This document shows, piece after piece, positions 1 to 12,440 of a stretch of DNA of 64,000 nucleotides. Position 1 is the stretch's first letter. Every line of letters starts with the position of its first letter. The stretch is from Vicugna vicugna (taxonomy: Eukaryota), in contig MU057887.1 in NCBI GenBank assembly GCA_013265495.1, forward strand, positions 4,243,668 to 4,307,667, written 5' to 3'. The position numbers were made by a program, and so were the translations under genes. A model generated the notes under the pieces. The model was given only the letters and a program-made list of their open reading frames with translations. It searched no databases and had not been told where the DNA came from.

Positions 1-357
1 GAGCGTCTTCTCCCCGCGCCGACGTCGCGGCACAGCCTGGGCCCAGGCGCTCTGCCGGCCTGGCCCAGCCCAGCCCAGGCCCTGGCTTGGCTGACCACAC
101 CCTGGTCCCCTGAGGTGCAGTGGCCTCCGAGGCCTGAGGGGGCCCTGGAGCAGCAGGGGACCGGCCTGCCGGGAGACCCCTCCCAGCCCCCACCCCATGG
201 CTCTGGTGCCCCCTTGCTCAGCCCTCGAAGCCTACGGCGCAGGCACTCAGACCGGGGCTGGCCAGCACCGTGACCCACCTGGGGCCCTTGACCACGTCCT
301 GAGGCCCCGACCACCCCGGCCCAGCCCGGCCCTCAGCACCCCTGAGCTCCCAGCGCC

Positions 358-610
358 ATGAAGAAGTTTGCGTCTAGCCGCAGCCTGAACAAGATCCTGG
401 CACAGTGCGACTCGTCCTCCCGGGAGTACGAGGAGATCCAGGCGGTGGAGCGCAGGTGGCACCTGCACCTGGCCACGCCGCGCTGCCTGCTGCTGGACAG
501 GAGGTCCAAGGCCTCCCTCTTCTTTGCAGCCCCGCCGCCCCCCAAGAGGGCCCCCAGCACCACGCTGACCCTGCGCTCCAAGTCCATGACGGCAGAGCTC
601 GAGGAGCTTG
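358..610 (+). CDS. SHANK3: SHANK3 alternative first coding exon (intragenic-promoter, Shank3e-like N-terminus MKKFASSRSLNK...) running into the canonical exon
   Basis: gccATGa at 358 with an in-frame stop at 343-345. The frame stays open through the acceptor at 528-529 into APPPPKRAPSTTLTLRSKSMTAELEEL; donor gtgagc at 611. Confidence 0.65.
530..610 (+). CDS. SHANK3: SHANK3 internal exon (81 nt, post-PDZ; about human exon 17)
   Basis: tctttgcag acceptor; encodes (A)PPPPKRAPSTTLTLRSKSMTAELEEL; G|gtgag donor; phase 1/1. Confidence 0.95.
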
Positions 611-1729
611 GTGAGCGGCAGGGCAGACAGCGGGCAGATGACCTAAGGTGGGGGCCAGGCGAAGGGGGGCTGGGCCAGAGGGGAGGAAGACGGACAGATG
701 ACCGTATGAACAGGTCGGAGGTGAGTGGGTGCTAGAGTGGTGGAGGGGTTGGGTGAATGTGGGGCGAAGAGGGAGATGACATATGGATGGATGAGGGCTG
801 AGGGCTGAAGGAAGGAGATGGACAGTGGGGCAACCAGGACTGATGGTCAGGGAGCAGGGCCCCCGGTGTGCTTGCATGCGCGTGCACGTGCTGCCTCTGG
901 CTCTCCACGTCTCCAGTGTGACTGTGCTCCTTCGTTTCATCCAAGTGAGGAAAGGGGCCTGGGCTTTGCTCCTGGCTGGCTCTGCAGGCACCAGCTATAT
1001 GATCTCTGCATTTATTCTACCCTCTCAGCAACTGTTTATGCATCAGTTAAGCAGGGGTAATTACAGTGAGGGGCTGACTTCCCAGGGCTGTGTGAACATT
1101 GCTGGTACAATAATGGAATAGGCCCTCTTGAGTTGCAGGAGGCAAACAGGAGTCTGCTGGGGCTTTGATGGGGCATTTGGTGGACACGATCCCAGGATGA
1201 CCACCAAAGCCTCATTGTGGGCATGTGTCTACATATGTGACTGTTAATAGCCTCATCGTTGGCATGTTCAGCTATACATGAATATGTCCTGACATTTGTG
1301 ACAGTTAATAATGGTCATGCCGTGACTTAGAGTGACCATCAGCGTCTTCTTCATGGCATGTCCGAACACACATGGACTGTTAGCATGCTCTACCCTTCTA
1401 TAATCTGAGTCCAACCCTAGTTCTAAATTTTGCTCTGGTTCCAGCCATGGGAGGACCCCTGACTCTGGTCCTAGGCTGAGTTCTGACCCAGTCCTGGCCA
1501 CAGGAAGGGCCCTAATCCTGGTTCCAAAGCCACAAGCTTGATTTCAGGCTTGATTCTGCCCTGACCATGGAAAGAACCCTTACCTGTCCCGTAAAGTTAT
1601 TCCTGACCTCACTCATGGACTAATCCCAGACCCTGGTCCTTTGCTGAGCCATCCCCTTCTAAGCAGGTCCTCCTGACTGCAGTTTGATTTGGTGTGGAGG
1701 ACAGCCACCAAGACAGACTGAGCAGACAT

Positions 1730-2750
1730 GGTCAGGATCTTCATCCCTATAAATATTCTGAACAAAATAAAACTTTAAAAATACACTGCCCATTCAAAAC
1801 AAAGGAAGAGGAATTTCCCAGTTCTCAAAAATGAAGAGAGAAATGAGACCCAGGAGAGTGCGAGGAAGCTGATGCTTCCGTAGTCCGGGGGGCTTGGGAC
1901 AGGGTATCCATGCAGAGGGCAAGGGGTCAGGGCTCTGATGTCCCCACAAAGCCAAGAGCTGTGGCTGTGGACCCATGAGAAGTAGGAAGGCTAGAACAAA
2001 CCCAAGAACTGGAATTAGCATCAGAAGAACTGGAAATTATAGAATTACATGAAAGAGACAAGAAAAGGTGTTTAAACATGAAGTTTAAGAGGACTAACAG
2101 AATTCATAATGAAAGAGCAAAATAAAAATAAAAAGGATAAGCAGATTTAAAAAGGATCCCTAAAGAAATGTTATTGAAACAAAAACTGCAGTCACTGGGA
2201 TTTTTAAAATCTATGCATGGGAAACAGTATACTAGACCCACCTGAAGGAAGAAGCTGTTTCTAAAAGACAGATCTGAGGAAATTACCCCAAATGCAGATC
2301 AGAAAGATAAGGAGAAGCGAAGTATCAAAGAGCAGGTAAGAGATATGGAGAACCAGTGAGAAAATCAACCTAAATAGAGTCCCAGAGGGAACGAATAAAA
2401 AGATTGGGAAAGAGGCTATATTTGAAGAGTAAATGGCTAAGAATTTTCTAGAATTGAACAAGGGCATGAGATTCTAGTTTGCAGGAGTCTAAGTCTGAAT
2501 CAAGGAAATAAAAACAAATCCACCTCTAGACCTGTCATCGTAATATTTCACACCACCATAGTCAAAAAGGAAAATCTTGACTGCTGGAGACAGATGATTC
2601 AGAAAGGATCAAAGGTCAGGCTGACAGCAGACTTCTCATCAGCAGTAGCAGATGCTAGAAGGCAGTGGAAGAGTAGCTTTAAAGTCTTGAGTCCAAATGC
2701 CTTTCCACCTGGAATTTTATACCCAGTGAGCCTGCTCATTCAAGAGTGAG
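1730..2750 (+). mobile_element. Old L1 (L1M-type) 5'/ORF1 fragment in SHANK3 intron
   Basis: A-rich, ORF1-like text such as gacagcagacttctcatcagca...gctagaaggcagtggaa...ggaattttatacccag. Boundaries approximate. Confidence 0.65.
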
Positions 2751-4254
2751 GCAGAGAAGCTGGCAGACTTCTGGCCCCGGGGTCACAGGGTCCAAGGTTA
2801 GTCGGGGAGCTGATCCATCACACTGACTGAGGATCCTGACTGGCCAGCAGACCAGTCCCAGTAGGCAGCTGGGTCTGGCTAGACAACACCTCAGGCTCTG
2901 GTGGGTGGTTTCCAGGAAGCCCTTTCAGAGGCTGTCACATTGCCACGTTCAGCTGTTTGTTCTGAAGGGACCCTCCCTGTTCTACACAAAGAGGTGCTTG
3001 GGCAGCCTGATACCTGTAAGCCAGAGATCCAGGGACTCTGCCCTGTGGAAACAGGAGAATTGCCCTCTGCTCTCTGGGATGCTTCTGTCTGAAGAGACCG
3101 GCGAATGGAAGAAGAGCCTCCTTCCTCTCTGCTCTGGGCCTTCCCTCTGCTGCCGTGTGACAGGGTTGCTCTGCAGACCCTTGTCTTCCAGAGGGGCTCA
3201 CCCTTGTAGCCTCAGGCCAGCATCCTGTTCACCAGCGTTTCCCCCAGCAGAGTCTGGAGGAGGATGAGGGGACAGCTTAGTACGAGCCTCTGTCCACACT
3301 GCTGAGCGAGGGTCACAGCTTTTGTTGAACTGGACCCAGGCTCTTTCTGTTACTCTGTTCAGAGAAGGGCCTGGGCAGCCGGGAGCACAGGAGGCCTGCC
3401 CCACTGGCCCAGCTTCTCTAGAGACACCTGGTTGAAGGGAGCCAGGCCAGCATCAGGGTTTCCCAGGTATCTAAGCAACACGGGAGACCCCGTGTTTCTG
3501 CTTTGAAAAAAAGACGGTTCATTGCCAGCATAAACTTGCCAGGTTTGTGCCACGTTGTCGAGGGCTGATAGAACCCCCTTAGGATCTTGTAGTCTATTGA
3601 AAAGATGACCTGAACACCTGGAAAAAAAGGAAAATGTGAGGCAACAGAAAAAGCAGGGTGTAGGGGCCGGGGATGGGGGTCAACGCCCAGGTTGACTGCT
3701 GGCTGCTCAGAGGAAGAGGAAGAAAAATGTATCTTGGTGGGGGGGATGGTGTCCCAGAAAACGAAAGGTTGAGGGGGCTGGCAGAAATGAGATTGAGAGG
3801 AAGGGGTTGGGTGAGGACCCTCCTCCTGAGACAGCAGGGAAGAGGAGGAGGAAGGGGGGACAGCGCCGGTGCCCTGAGGCCCGAGGGGCCTGTCACAGCC
3901 ACCAGGTGCTCCTGTGATGGTTTGAACCAAGGACGTACTCGGACAGCAGGGGTCAGGCCAGAGAGCACCTTGGTGGGCCTGAGACCCTCCTGTTCATCCT
4001 CTTTCCCATAAGAAATCTGGAACTTCTGGTCCCTTTTTCTTTTGTGATGAGAACGTCAGGGCAGGTGTCACGCCAGTGTGTGGTCCCTAACCAGCCTTGG
4101 CCTGGCAAACACATTGACCTACCCCCTTTTTTGGAAACACACCGCAGGAATGCTCACCGGTGACCACCACAACCATCGGTGGCCTCTGAACTTGGTTTTT
4201 ATGGGATTTTGCCTTTTTTTCTGAACAAACATTTGATTGAACCAAGTGTGATTT

Positions 4255-4345
4255 AGCTGTGTGTCCACGTGTGTGCACGTGTGCGTGCACGTGTGCGTGT
4301 GGCTGCATACAAGCATGCCTGGGTGTGTGGGTGTGTGCATGCACA
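4255..4345. repeat. (GT/GC)n-like alternating purine-pyrimidine tract
   Basis: gtgtccacgtgtgtgcacgtgtgcgtgcacgtgtgcgtgt...gtgtgtgggtgtgtgcatgcacac. Confidence 0.75.
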
Positions 4346-4585
4346 CAAGCACTGTCTGTACTTGTGGTTGTTCCCACCTTGACTTGTGTTTATTGACTCG
4401 GCCTTTGGGCACATTTGCCACTCACAGTCTGATGGGGTGTCGGCCAGGGGTCGTGGGGGTCTGGGAGATCCTGGTTGTTGGGAGGCTGAGGATGGGAAAG
4501 GAGGGGTGGGAGTGGGGAGCGGGGGCCTGGTGCCAAGGGACAAAGCCTGCCACTTACCCCATTTACTCTGTTTCTTGATTCCAAG

Positions 4586-4609
4586 CCTCAATTCGGAGAA
4601 GGAAAGGGG
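4586..4609 (+). CDS. SHANK3: SHANK3 24-nt microexon (about exon 18), (A)SIRRRKG(E)
   Basis: tttcttgattccaag|cctcaattcggagaaggaaagggg|gtgagt; symmetric phase 1. Confidence 0.92.
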
Positions 4610-7600
4610 GTGAGTCATCTGCTATGCCTCAGGCCCTGCTTTGCCTGGTCCCTGGGCGAGGCCGTGCTGCTGTGTGAGGAGGGTCTAGCTCAAGTCAGGG
4701 GGTCTGGAAGCCTGGGCTGTGCCCCCTGTTGGCCTCCTCCCTGGGGATCTGGTGGGGTCACAGTAGACGGACCCAGAAAGGCTCTATGGGTCTGGGATGG
4801 TGAGCGTGGCCACAGGCCTTGAGGGCTCAGCTAAGCTGGAGGCTGGGGCGTGAGAGCCATGGAGCAGCTGACACAGCACTGGAGGAGCCTCCCGGTGGAG
4901 GCCGCAGGGTGCCGTGGCCGGAGTGGAGGAGGGAGGGTTCAAAGGGCCCCGCTGTGGAGCTCGCCTGGGGAACAAGGTGGCTGGGCCGGCACAGGCAGTT
5001 TTGTTGGGTGCTCAGCCCCAGACCGTGTTCCTTCTTCCTGCCTGTCCTGTTCCTGGCGTGGGGGCTCCATTTTTGTGCTGATCTGTTGTGGGGTCAAGCC
5101 CAGTGCTGACGGTCCTTTCAGAGCAGGGATCTGGGCCCAGTGTCACCCCGGCTGTTGACTTCACCATGCCCTGCTCCTGCCTTCAGGCTTCCCCTCCCGT
5201 ATCCTTTGAGGCTCCTTCCTGTGTGTCCTGTGTGTCCAGCCTGACTGCAAGTGGACAGCGTCTAGTGACACCTAGGGCCTTGCCTCGGCCAGCCTGCCCC
5301 ACCTGTCAGGTAGACAGGAGCCCCTTCCTGCTGTGCAGGAGTCAGTGCCAGACAGAAGCCTGAGGTGGCTTTGTAGTCCCTGGCGTGTGTTCATTCACTC
5401 GTTTGTCTGTGGGCTGGTGCCCACCCGCCCCTCACTCCAGGATCCTCTGGGCCGTCCCTGTGCTGAGGACACGCTTGCCCGCCCGTCTCAGCCCAGGCCC
5501 TCCTACGTGACCTGCGGCCCTGCCCTCTGGATCCTCCTTTCACCCTCGCCCCGGTCCCAGCGGAAGGGCTTTCCCCAGAGCCTTTTCAGGTGTAAGATGG
5601 GTGACTGGGGCCCCTCTAGGGACACTTGTCTTCACACCCTTGAGTGGACACACAAGCCATTTCTGGACTGTTTTGCTCTGTCCTCAGCTCACTAGCGGGG
5701 CTCCCAGGGTGCTGTGCTGTGGCCTGTGCGCTTCTTCCAGTTGTGGGGGGCTGCTGGCAGCTTGGCGCCCCCGCGGGCCCCTCATCCCTGCTGGGGTCCT
5801 GGTTCCAGCATCTGTGTCCCTGCCGCACATGGACTCCAACAGCCAGTGCGTGTGAGGTGATGGGCGTGCGCAGTGCCCGGTGCCCCAGGCCTGGTTCCTA
5901 ATGAGCTTCATTTCTATTTTTTTTTAAGTATTTAAAGTAATTTACTTAAGAATGTATTTTCTAATTTTGTTGGGGATTGATGTCAACTTCACCAGCTGAT
6001 GGTTTGCAGAGTTCTTGATTCTTTCCCTTTTGAAAGTAATTCTTGTTTGGCCTCAGCACCATCCCCCATGGGCAGTAATACTTGCTGTGCTGACTTCATG
6101 TGCACACTGCTTTGGGTCTTGGGGTTCAGTTCTCCTGGACCCACAGATGCAGCCTCCAAGGCCATAGCTCAGGTGAGCATGTGCCCTGTGTGTCCCACGG
6201 AAATATCTTCTCTCCACTCATGTCTTTATGTCTGTGGTTTCTAGATAATTTGGTAGTTAAGTCTGTGATCTGTTACTTACCGGATCTGTGATCTGGGGCA
6301 TTTTATCTGTCAGAACTTCAGGTTCTTCTTGGGTAAAATGAAGTCGGTAACAGTGTCTTCCGCACGTGGCTGTTGTGCGATGAGAGGGCGAACGCCCATC
6401 TCCTCTAACTCTGGAAATCACCAAGGACTTAACAAATGGCAGGGATGGTGATTTCAGCTTCCAAAGGGAAATTGCTCACTTTGTTACAAAAGCCAACAGG
6501 AAGGTCCCGAGTCCACACCTGGTGCTTCTGGGAGCTGTGCGCAGGCCCAGCAGGCTAGTCTGTGGATGAGTGTGTTTTGCTGGTTAGTTATGGCATCTGT
6601 TGAGCTCCTGTGTACTTGGGCCCACACTGGATGTTCAGGGAATGCGGGCTATGGTATTTGCTCTTCCTCTGAGAGCCCGTGGGCTGACTGGGGGGATGAG
6701 GCACCCAGACATGAAGAATTGTAGCAAGTGTGTCCTCCGTGCTTGCCCTGAGCCAAGTACAGTGGTGGCACTTCTGACACACGTGCTGATTCTCACAACA
6801 GGCACTGAAGCGGGTGCCTTTTTAATGCCTGTTTTATCAGGTAGGGAAGCCGAATCACTGAAAGCTTTGGTCAGGACAGTCGGTGTACAGGGTGGGTCTG
6901 GGCTGGTTGGGGCCGGACGTCTGTCTCAGGGGAGCTCGTCGCCTTCCCCACAGCAACTGCCGAGCAGTTGCACAGGTAGATCTAGCAGGTGCGGGTAGGG
7001 GGCTGACTGCCGTTCTCCAGCGCGGGGCACTCGCGGGGTAAAGGACCCCCGTCACCAGAGGCATGGTCCTCTGGTGCTGGCACAGCCCCTCAGTGCCGGC
7101 CCTAAGTGCACCCACTCTAGGCATCCAGCCACAGCTGATAGCTCTCAGACGCGGGTGTTTGTTGAACAAAATCTCCAAGTCCTGTTGTTAATCAGAAACA
7201 CCACTTTTAAAAACATGGAATAGCTTTAATAGAAACAAGCAAACAAAGCTTTTCTTTTATAACGGATATGAAAAGAATGCTGCCCGAGGGCGCCTGGTGC
7301 CATGCTCCCTTCCAGGCCCTGGTTCATGGCCTTGTCCCTCCCCTCCCAGCTCCTTCCTGGGGGCTGGTGGAAGGACCTCCAGCGTCACCCCTCCCCGCAC
7401 CCTGGGTGGGGCTGCTTTCCCAGGGTTGCAGGTTCTTCCCAGGAGACCTATCTGGTAGGTCGCTAGCCTGGGGCGGTGAGTCCTCTGTTCAGAAGGCACC
7501 CCGCCCCCCACAGTGGTTCTCGACTTAACACACGCACATCTTCCGGGCACTTCAGGGTCTGCCCTGGGGCTACAGCTTATCTTTCAGTGCAGTGGGGTAC

Positions 7601-8014
7601 AGAAGGGTTGGGGTGCTGCCTTGTGCTGAGGAGAAGAGTGAAGGGCAGAGGGAAGCAGGGAAATTCAGGAAGACTCTGGGCTCTAAACAGTGCTGCCCCA
7701 ACCCTGGTCCTCTCCCTAATGGTCACTCAGGCTTCTCCTGGGATGGGGTCTGTGGTGTCACCTAAAGCCTCCCTGAGGATGGAGAGGCCAGGGTCTGGGT
7801 TCTGCTGCATGAGGGGCTCAGATGGGGTGCAAGTTATGGGGCCTCTTGTCTTCCATTTGGGGAGTTAGGGGCCTGAGGTGGGGAGGGCCCCATGTGGCCT
7901 CTGTCAGCAGCACCAGGAGGACTAGCCTGGGGGAGGATGGGGCAGTGGGGCTACAGAGGGCTTTAGCGGACTCCAGGTCCCTGTGGCTGAGATAGCACCT
8001 CCTTGGCTGTGCAG

Positions 8015-8145
8015 AGAAGTTGGACGAGATCCTGGCGGCGGCCACGGAGCCAACGCTGAGGCCAGACATCGCGGACGCTGACTCAAGAGCTGCCACTGTC
8101 AAGCAACGGCCCACTAGTCGGAGGATCACCCCCGCGGAGATCAGC
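8015..8145 (+). CDS. SHANK3: SHANK3 exon (about exon 19)
   Basis: gtgcag|AG AAG TTG...; EKLDEILAAATEPTLRPDIADADSRAATVKQRPTSRRITPAEIS; |gtaag donor. Confidence 0.95.
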
Positions 8146-8486
8146 GTAAGCCAGCCTGGCCACTGGGGCTGCTGAGGGATGGGTGGGGTGTGGGGTCTGG
8201 GTGCCATGTTCCGTAGCTACTGGGCATTTGGGCATTTTGCGGGGTGAGGGTCTGGTGTTTGGATCCCACTCTCCAGGGGTGGGAGTGAAGGACCCCACAG
8301 CCTCTCTTGAGATACTGGGGGCCATCCCAGCCCCAGAGTGGCTGCAGTTCAATACATGCTGAGTTCTCCAGGCTGTGGCTTTTGGTGCCTCCTGCCTTAG
8401 TCCACACTCAGGACCACCCAGAACAAGCACCCCCACCATGCTGAGGCCACAGCACGTTGTGTCTCTGACCCCCCACCCCCTGCCCC

Positions 8487-8646
8487 ACCTTACTTGGCAC
8501 CTTCTGTGCTGCCCACCCCCCCCACCTCAGTCTCACCTGGCCATACCCAGGGCCACTGCCTGCTCTACCTTACTTTTCACCTTCTGTGCTGCCCACCCCC
8601 CCCACCTCAGTCTCACCTGGCCATACCCAGGGCCACTGCCTGCTCT
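8487..8646. repeat. 80-bp tandem duplication (2 copies)
   Basis: 8487-8566 and 8567-8646 match at 78/80 positions (only ggcac vs ttcac differs). Confidence 0.95.
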
Positions 8647-8892
8647 GACCCCGTCTGCATCAAGCCTGCTCAGTGCTGTCTCTGCCTGGGCTCCCACTGG
8701 CTATGGCCTTGCTCCCTGGAGGCAGGGCCTGAGTCTGATTCCTCGGTCAGGCACCGTGGGCGCCAGCACTGTTGGAATTAGTGCATGGGGTGTCTGATCT
8801 CAAACTCAGGAGGAGGATGGGAGGTGCTGGTTGGATAACCGGGGACCCCAGTGCTCTAGAACCTCCGGTTACCCCCCTCCCAACTCTCACAG

Positions 8893-8977
8893 TCATTGTT
8901 TGAGCGCCAGGGCCTCCCAGGCCCAGAGAAGCTGCCAGGCTCCCTGCGGAAGGGGATTCCACGGACCAAGTCTGTAG
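8893..8977 (+). CDS. SHANK3: SHANK3 exon (about exon 20)
   Basis: ctcacag|TCA TTG TTT...; SLFERQGLPGPEKLPGSLRKGIPRTKSV(G); |gtatgg donor. Confidence 0.95.
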
Positions 8978-9379
8978 GTATGGCTGGGCTGGGGGCTGCA
9001 TGGGGCTGGAAGACTGGGGCTGGGGCTGGGGTGGGTGTTGGGTGGAGGACCCCCTCTCCCCCCATCCTTCAACTGAGGTTTCCAGTTTCTCTCTGAGTCC
9101 TACCTCTCCCTGGCCCCAGCCCATGAATCTCATTTGTTTGTGGACACATGCAGGGGTCAGTCCTTCCCCCAACCCAGAGATGCTTTGCTGAAAGATATGC
9201 TGAGGCTTCTCCCACAGCCACCAGCATCCCTGTCCCTGGGTCTTCTATACCCTACCTGGCTGCTCCCTTGCAGCCTGAGTTCGTGTCACCTGTCTGATGC
9301 TAAAGTGACCCTCCCCTGTACCTGCCTCTTCCCTTCCCCGGGACACACCAGGAATTGCTCTGTATCTCTCCTCTCCTTC

Positions 9380-9780
9380 ACAGCCAGCTTTCTCCAAAGG
9401 TCATCTATACTTACTGTCTACCATTCCCCACCTGCCTCTCATCTTGGGGCAGGCCAGCTTTGTCCAAACCTAAAACTGAAATTGCTCCCACCAGGGTCAC
9501 CACTGCTCCCAGTGGACACATTTGATTTCCTGCTCCCTCCTCCAGGAAACTTTCTTCCCTGGTGCTTTTAGGACAACACTTCTTGGTTTTCCTCTCAGTT
9601 CTCAGGCTGGACCTGTTCAGTACCCTCCCATCCCAGCCAAGACGTGGGTCCTTCTCAAGGTCCTTCTCCTTAGCTTCTTTGCCTTCTGCACCTGTCTTCT
9701 TGGGGCCTCATCAGTCACACCTCGCACTTGGCCATCTCCTCTCTTGACCCTAGACTGGGTCATCTCGTAAGCCCTGCCCA
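9380..9780. mobile_element. Degenerate L2 LINE fragment
   Basis: L2-like text (ccagggtcacc...ctccctcctccaggaaactttcttccctgg...ggacaacacttcttggttttcctctc). Approximate. Confidence 0.5.
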
Positions 9781-9929
9781 CTGCCCATCCCTCTAGGCAT
9801 CCAGTCCCCCTTATCTGCCCACCTGTCCATCCATCCACCTATAGACCTGTCCAGTTTCTCTCCATCTGTCTACCCACTGACCTGTCCACTTGTCCACCTG
9901 TTTGTCCCATCATCTGCTAACTATCAGAG

Positions 9930-10085
9930 TAAATGCCTATTCAGCAGTTACTACATTCTGTTTTATACACACTGGTTTGTTTAATATGTACAGTAACCCT
10001 GCTAACACTATTAGCACCTCTTTGTTACAGAGGAGGAAACTGAGGCAGAGGTAAAATTACTTGCCCAAGGTCACACAGCTGCCTC
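9930..10085 (+). mobile_element. MIR SINE
   Basis: Core ttacagaggaggaaactgaggcagagg...acttgcccaaggtcacacagct. Confidence 0.8.
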
Positions 10086-11719
10086 ACTTGTCTTCTGCTC
10101 ACCCATCTGGCTGATCAGCTGCCCAGAACCCAACCCCTCATTCACCGCAGGACCCCTGCTGATTTGTGTACACTCTAGGCTGATCCCAGGCAAGGTCTAG
10201 GGGCTCAGCTGGGGAGAGGTGACATGTCTGCAGACAGCTCAGCTCAGCAGTTATGTGGTGAGTGTGAAGGCACATTTACAGGTGGAGCTGACGAGGGAGC
10301 ACCAACCATACCTGGGCACCAAGGAAGGCTGAGGTGGGGGTGTTTGGGCTTAGACATGCAGGATGAGCAGGGGTTTCTGGAAGATAATGGTGTGAATTGC
10401 TGACAGGCCATCATATGCAGAGTGTTCCTTCAGGGCCTGCTGTGGGTCATTTCTGTAGGTGGGAGAATGAAGAAGAGGGCAGATGAGATGGCAGCTACTT
10501 TGGAGCCGAGAAGTGCTCCTCCCTAACCTCCCTGGCCTAAGTCCTTGGTGTCTTCTGTGGTTTCCTCCTTGGCTTCCTCCTTATTCTCTGCCTCCCCCAA
10601 CAAATTATGGATGGTCTGCTTCCCACAACTTACAGCCAACTCCTCACTATCCTTGCAGCCCTGCCTGGCCCCAGGCCTCATTGTCTTGTGCCTCGACCAC
10701 ACCTTGGGTCTCCTCTTGGTCTCCTGCCCCAGCTTCACTGTCTAGCCCAGCTCTAGCCAAGGGAGGCTTTGTGAAGAGTAGAATCACCTCATGTCCCTAC
10801 AGCTGGCACCCGTGGGCTCCTCATTGCGTTGGGGTTCCTGGGGCCCAGCCCAAGCCCTCTCCTGCTTCATCTAGGGACATTTGCCTTGGCCTCCCTCTGA
10901 CCTATGTTTGCCAGGACTTGCTGTCCCCCACCTGCCCTCACTCTGCTTGGATGGCCTATCCCTCAGCAAGACCCAGTCCTAGTACTGACCATCACAGGTC
11001 CAGAGTTAAGTGCCTGTCCTGCAGGCTGTGGGCCTCTCAGTGAAGATTGCCAGCTCTCCTGCACTCATCCCTCCTGGACCCTCCTGTGCTCAGTGCATGA
11101 GTGAGCTAAGAGGGGTCACCTTTAATCACCCTCGCTCTAGTGTGTCACCCGTTGCCCACAGGAACACTGGCTGAAGTGTCAGACTCGGGGGTTCCCACCC
11201 CTGGTCCTTCCTGTGTGGCCCTGGTCTCAATCCTTGAAACCTCAAGGTCCTGATCCGTAAGTGTGGGGACCATCTCATACCTGCCTCCAAGGCCACTCTG
11301 AGGCTCGCTCAGGGGCTGCTCTCGCAGGCTAAGTGCCCAGCGACGGCTAATGTTAAATTTCGGTCCTGCATCTTGAGGCTGGTGCACAGAAAGTGCTGGA
11401 GAAATGCTCATGGCTATTATTTGGGCAGATGGCCCCACCTGCTCCATGTCAGAGCAAGTTCTCATTTTCATCCCAAGGCAAGCGTTCACCCTAGGTTAGG
11501 CTGTGGCATGCCACACCTGCACCCTTCAGGAGCACTGGCTTTTCCCTCACGGCGCCACCTCGTGCACAGGCTTGTGGATGTTGAGCCGTGTTTACATGCC
11601 ACACAAGAAACGCAGCAGGGCAGAGACCCAGGCTGAACCTGGCACAGATTCTGTGTCCAGTGGTGGGGGTGGAAGGCAGACTTAAAATTATGATGATGAC
11701 CTCTGCTGCCTTCCTGGGA

Positions 11720-11890
11720 CGCTTCTAGGTGCTTAGCCCTGTGCTGTGTGCTTTAAATGACTCTAGTTCACACAGCCCCACAGCAGGAGGGCGCAGTTCT
11801 CCTGAGATGAGGAAATTGAAGTGCCAAGAGGTTAAGGAATGTCAGACAGTAACTGGCAGAGCTGGAATTCAAGCCTAGTCTTTCACATAA
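11720..11890 (+). mobile_element. MIR SINE
   Basis: gagatgaggaaattgaagtgccaagaggttaagg...gtaactggcagagctggaattcaagcctagtc. Confidence 0.7.
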
Positions 11891-12279
11891 AGCCCCCCTC
11901 CCCTTGCTGTGCCCAGGGATACCAGAGCTGTTATGCAGGACAGTGTGGGAGGCCCGGTGAAAGCACTGTGGTGGCTGAAGGAGGAGGTGGTTGGGAACAG
12001 ACAGTCTGCATCCTCGTGAGTTCCTAAAAATGTGACCAAGCCCAGAAGGAGGCCAGGCATAGTTTCCCAAGGTACTTTACCAGAGACCCATGTGTCAGTA
12101 GGGAGCAGCCATTCATCTACTCACCTTGGATTGGGCCCTCTTACACCTGCAGCCTAACTGAACACACCTGCAGCACAGGTGTCTGCACTGTGCACAAGGA
12201 CACTGGGGAGGTCCTGCCAGGTTCCAGCCAGGAGGCATGATGGTGGTGCGCCCTGAGTACTCCAGCCCCACTCTTGCAC

Positions 12280-12440
12280 GGATCCTAATGACAGCTGAGT
12301 GAGGCAGGCAGGTGGGGTTCACTTAAGTCTGTTGTCCATGAGAGAACTGAGGCTCAGAGGGGCTCAGGGCCTGGCCTGGGATCACACAGCCAATAAGGAG
12401 TAAAACTGAAACAAGTATCAGGTGCCCAGCCTGCAATTCC
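12280..12440 (+). mobile_element. MIR SINE
   Basis: atgagagaactgaggctcagagg...cctgggatcacacagccaataag. Confidence 0.65.

Noticed and set aside
1395..1700. Loose ccctga/ccctaa hexamer-like periodicity suggesting a telomere-repeat relic
   Set aside because: Too degenerate to establish a register by eye; needs an autocorrelation test.
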